NCBI GenBank assembly: GCA_018985225.1
Contig: JADGIF010000454.1
Location: 1 to 8,237 of the forward strand
Direction: 5' to 3'
Source: Amoeboradix gromovi X-113
Lineage: Eukaryota > Fungi > Sanchytriomycota
Length of the DNA: 8,237 nucleotides
Below the pieces are notes generated by a model. The model did no database searches. It saw only the letters and a list, made by a program, of their open reading frames with translations, and had not been told where the DNA came from. A program made the position numbers and the translations under genes. Below are positions 7,531 through 8,237 of this stretch, in pieces (the first letter of the stretch is position 1; each line of letters begins with the position of its first letter).

Positions 7531-8114
7531 TTATTTAACCTATCTCTATCCAACTTGCATTTCAATGATGAAATGGAAAAGAGATAAGTATATCTTACAA
7601 GATTAGTTGGCCAGGGTCTCTATTTAACATCGTTTGCAAATCTTGGAAATTATTTACGGGAAAATGGCTTGTTAGATTCAGCTACGACTCTTAATTTATC
7701 TGATAATTATGTTTAAGTAGAAACTCTGAGTCCTATTTTGGAAGCTGTTGAAAAATGTTCGCAGCTAAAGTATTGGATTTAACTTCAAGTGTGAATAATA
7801 CTAACAAAATCTCTTTTTCGTTTGACCCTAACTGCAGAAATGATTTAGGCATACTTACTCTCTTTAAGATTCTTGAAAATATAAAATATCTTGATATTCG
7901 TGGTAATCGCATTCATTCGAGCTTTTTAAAGGCGTTATTTGAGAAAAAGCATAAATGTTTAACAACGGAAATCAATGAAGACATTTGATACTTGGAAAGA
8001 GTTATTTGGATCCCGCAGAAATATATTGGAAAAGCCAATCAATTGCAGTACTCCAATCATGGTAATGTGTTAACAGTGATTGCTCACGCTTTCACTACCC
8101 TGAGGCGGGATTGA
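7531..8114 (+). pseudogene. Degenerate leucine-rich repeat (RNI-like LRR) protein coding sequence
   Basis: Frame +1 reads ...EKR*VYLTRLVGQGLYLTSFANLGNYLRENGLLDSATTLNLSDNYV*VETLSPILEAVEKCSQL. After a 1-nt loss in ctaaagta (7765-7772), frame +3 reads KVLDLTSSVNNTNKI...ILENIKYLDIRGNRIHSSFLKALF...EDI*YLERVIWIPQKYI... LxLxxN-type repeats are TTLNLSDNYV, LKVLDLT and IKYLDIRGNRI. In-frame stops lie at 7585-7587, 7714-7716 and 7986-7988. Both boundaries are approximate. Confidence 0.7.
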
Positions 8115-8237
8115 ATATGGATGCAGATACTTGATGTATATGTTCCTTGGTGCCATATGGTCTCTATTGTTGTAAATGTAGTGCGAACAATCACATACGA
8201 ATTATCAAAGTAAATGATTTACAGGTTTATTTATCGT

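Noticed and set aside
7789-7837. Intron-like segment GTGAAT...TACTAAC (7799-7805)...CCCTAACTGCAG
   Set aside because: Removal from either GT (7789 or 7791) leads to a stop within a few codons, whereas the unspliced frame +3 is open and keeps LRR spacing.
7585-7988. Alternative genetic code (TAA=Gln or TGA read-through) explaining the LRR in-frame stops
   Set aside because: The ~6.7 kb gene uses no in-frame TAA, TAG or TGA as sense codons, uses CAA/CAG for Gln and ends at TAA. The LRR region also has a frameshift.
8115-8237. Cys-containing open stretch at the window end (CICSLVPYGLYCCKCSANNHIRIIKV...)
   Set aside because: It is too short, has no start and matches no family I recognise.
1-8237. 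CRISPR arrays, tRNA/rRNA genes, transposase or terminal inverted repeats, tandem DNA repeats
   Set aside because: None were seen by eye; the only repetition found is at the protein level (AAA+ modules, LRRs, coiled coils).

Overview
AT-rich, compact, apparently eukaryotic DNA; the gene content resembles that of fungi or protists, but the taxon cannot be fixed from the sequence. All recognisable genes are on the + strand. Bases ~2-6780 are best read as ONE giant, apparently intron-less gene that is probably 5'-truncated by the window. Its order is: ZNFX1/Upf1-like SF1 RNA helicase, NF-X1-type Cys/His zinc-finger region, coiled coil, three tandem CbbX/SpoVK-type AAA+ ATPase modules, coiled coil, and a C-terminal CPxxFxWxxxxGGYRCxGGxH motif. 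The two long ORFs are halves of this gene, split by a frameshift at ~2561-2565 that coincides with loss of the 'SRAR...IG' part of helicase motif VI. A signal-peptide-bearing PDI/thioredoxin-family gene (WCRSC) starts 142 nt downstream. It is broken by two frameshifts and runs in frame into a decayed leucine-rich-repeat sequence with in-frame stops and another frameshift. The most interesting item is the helicase + 3xAAA+ + Cys/His-tail architecture, a candidate ZNFX1/RNF213-like innate-immunity machine (inference). It sits in a region that is either decaying or mis-assembled.
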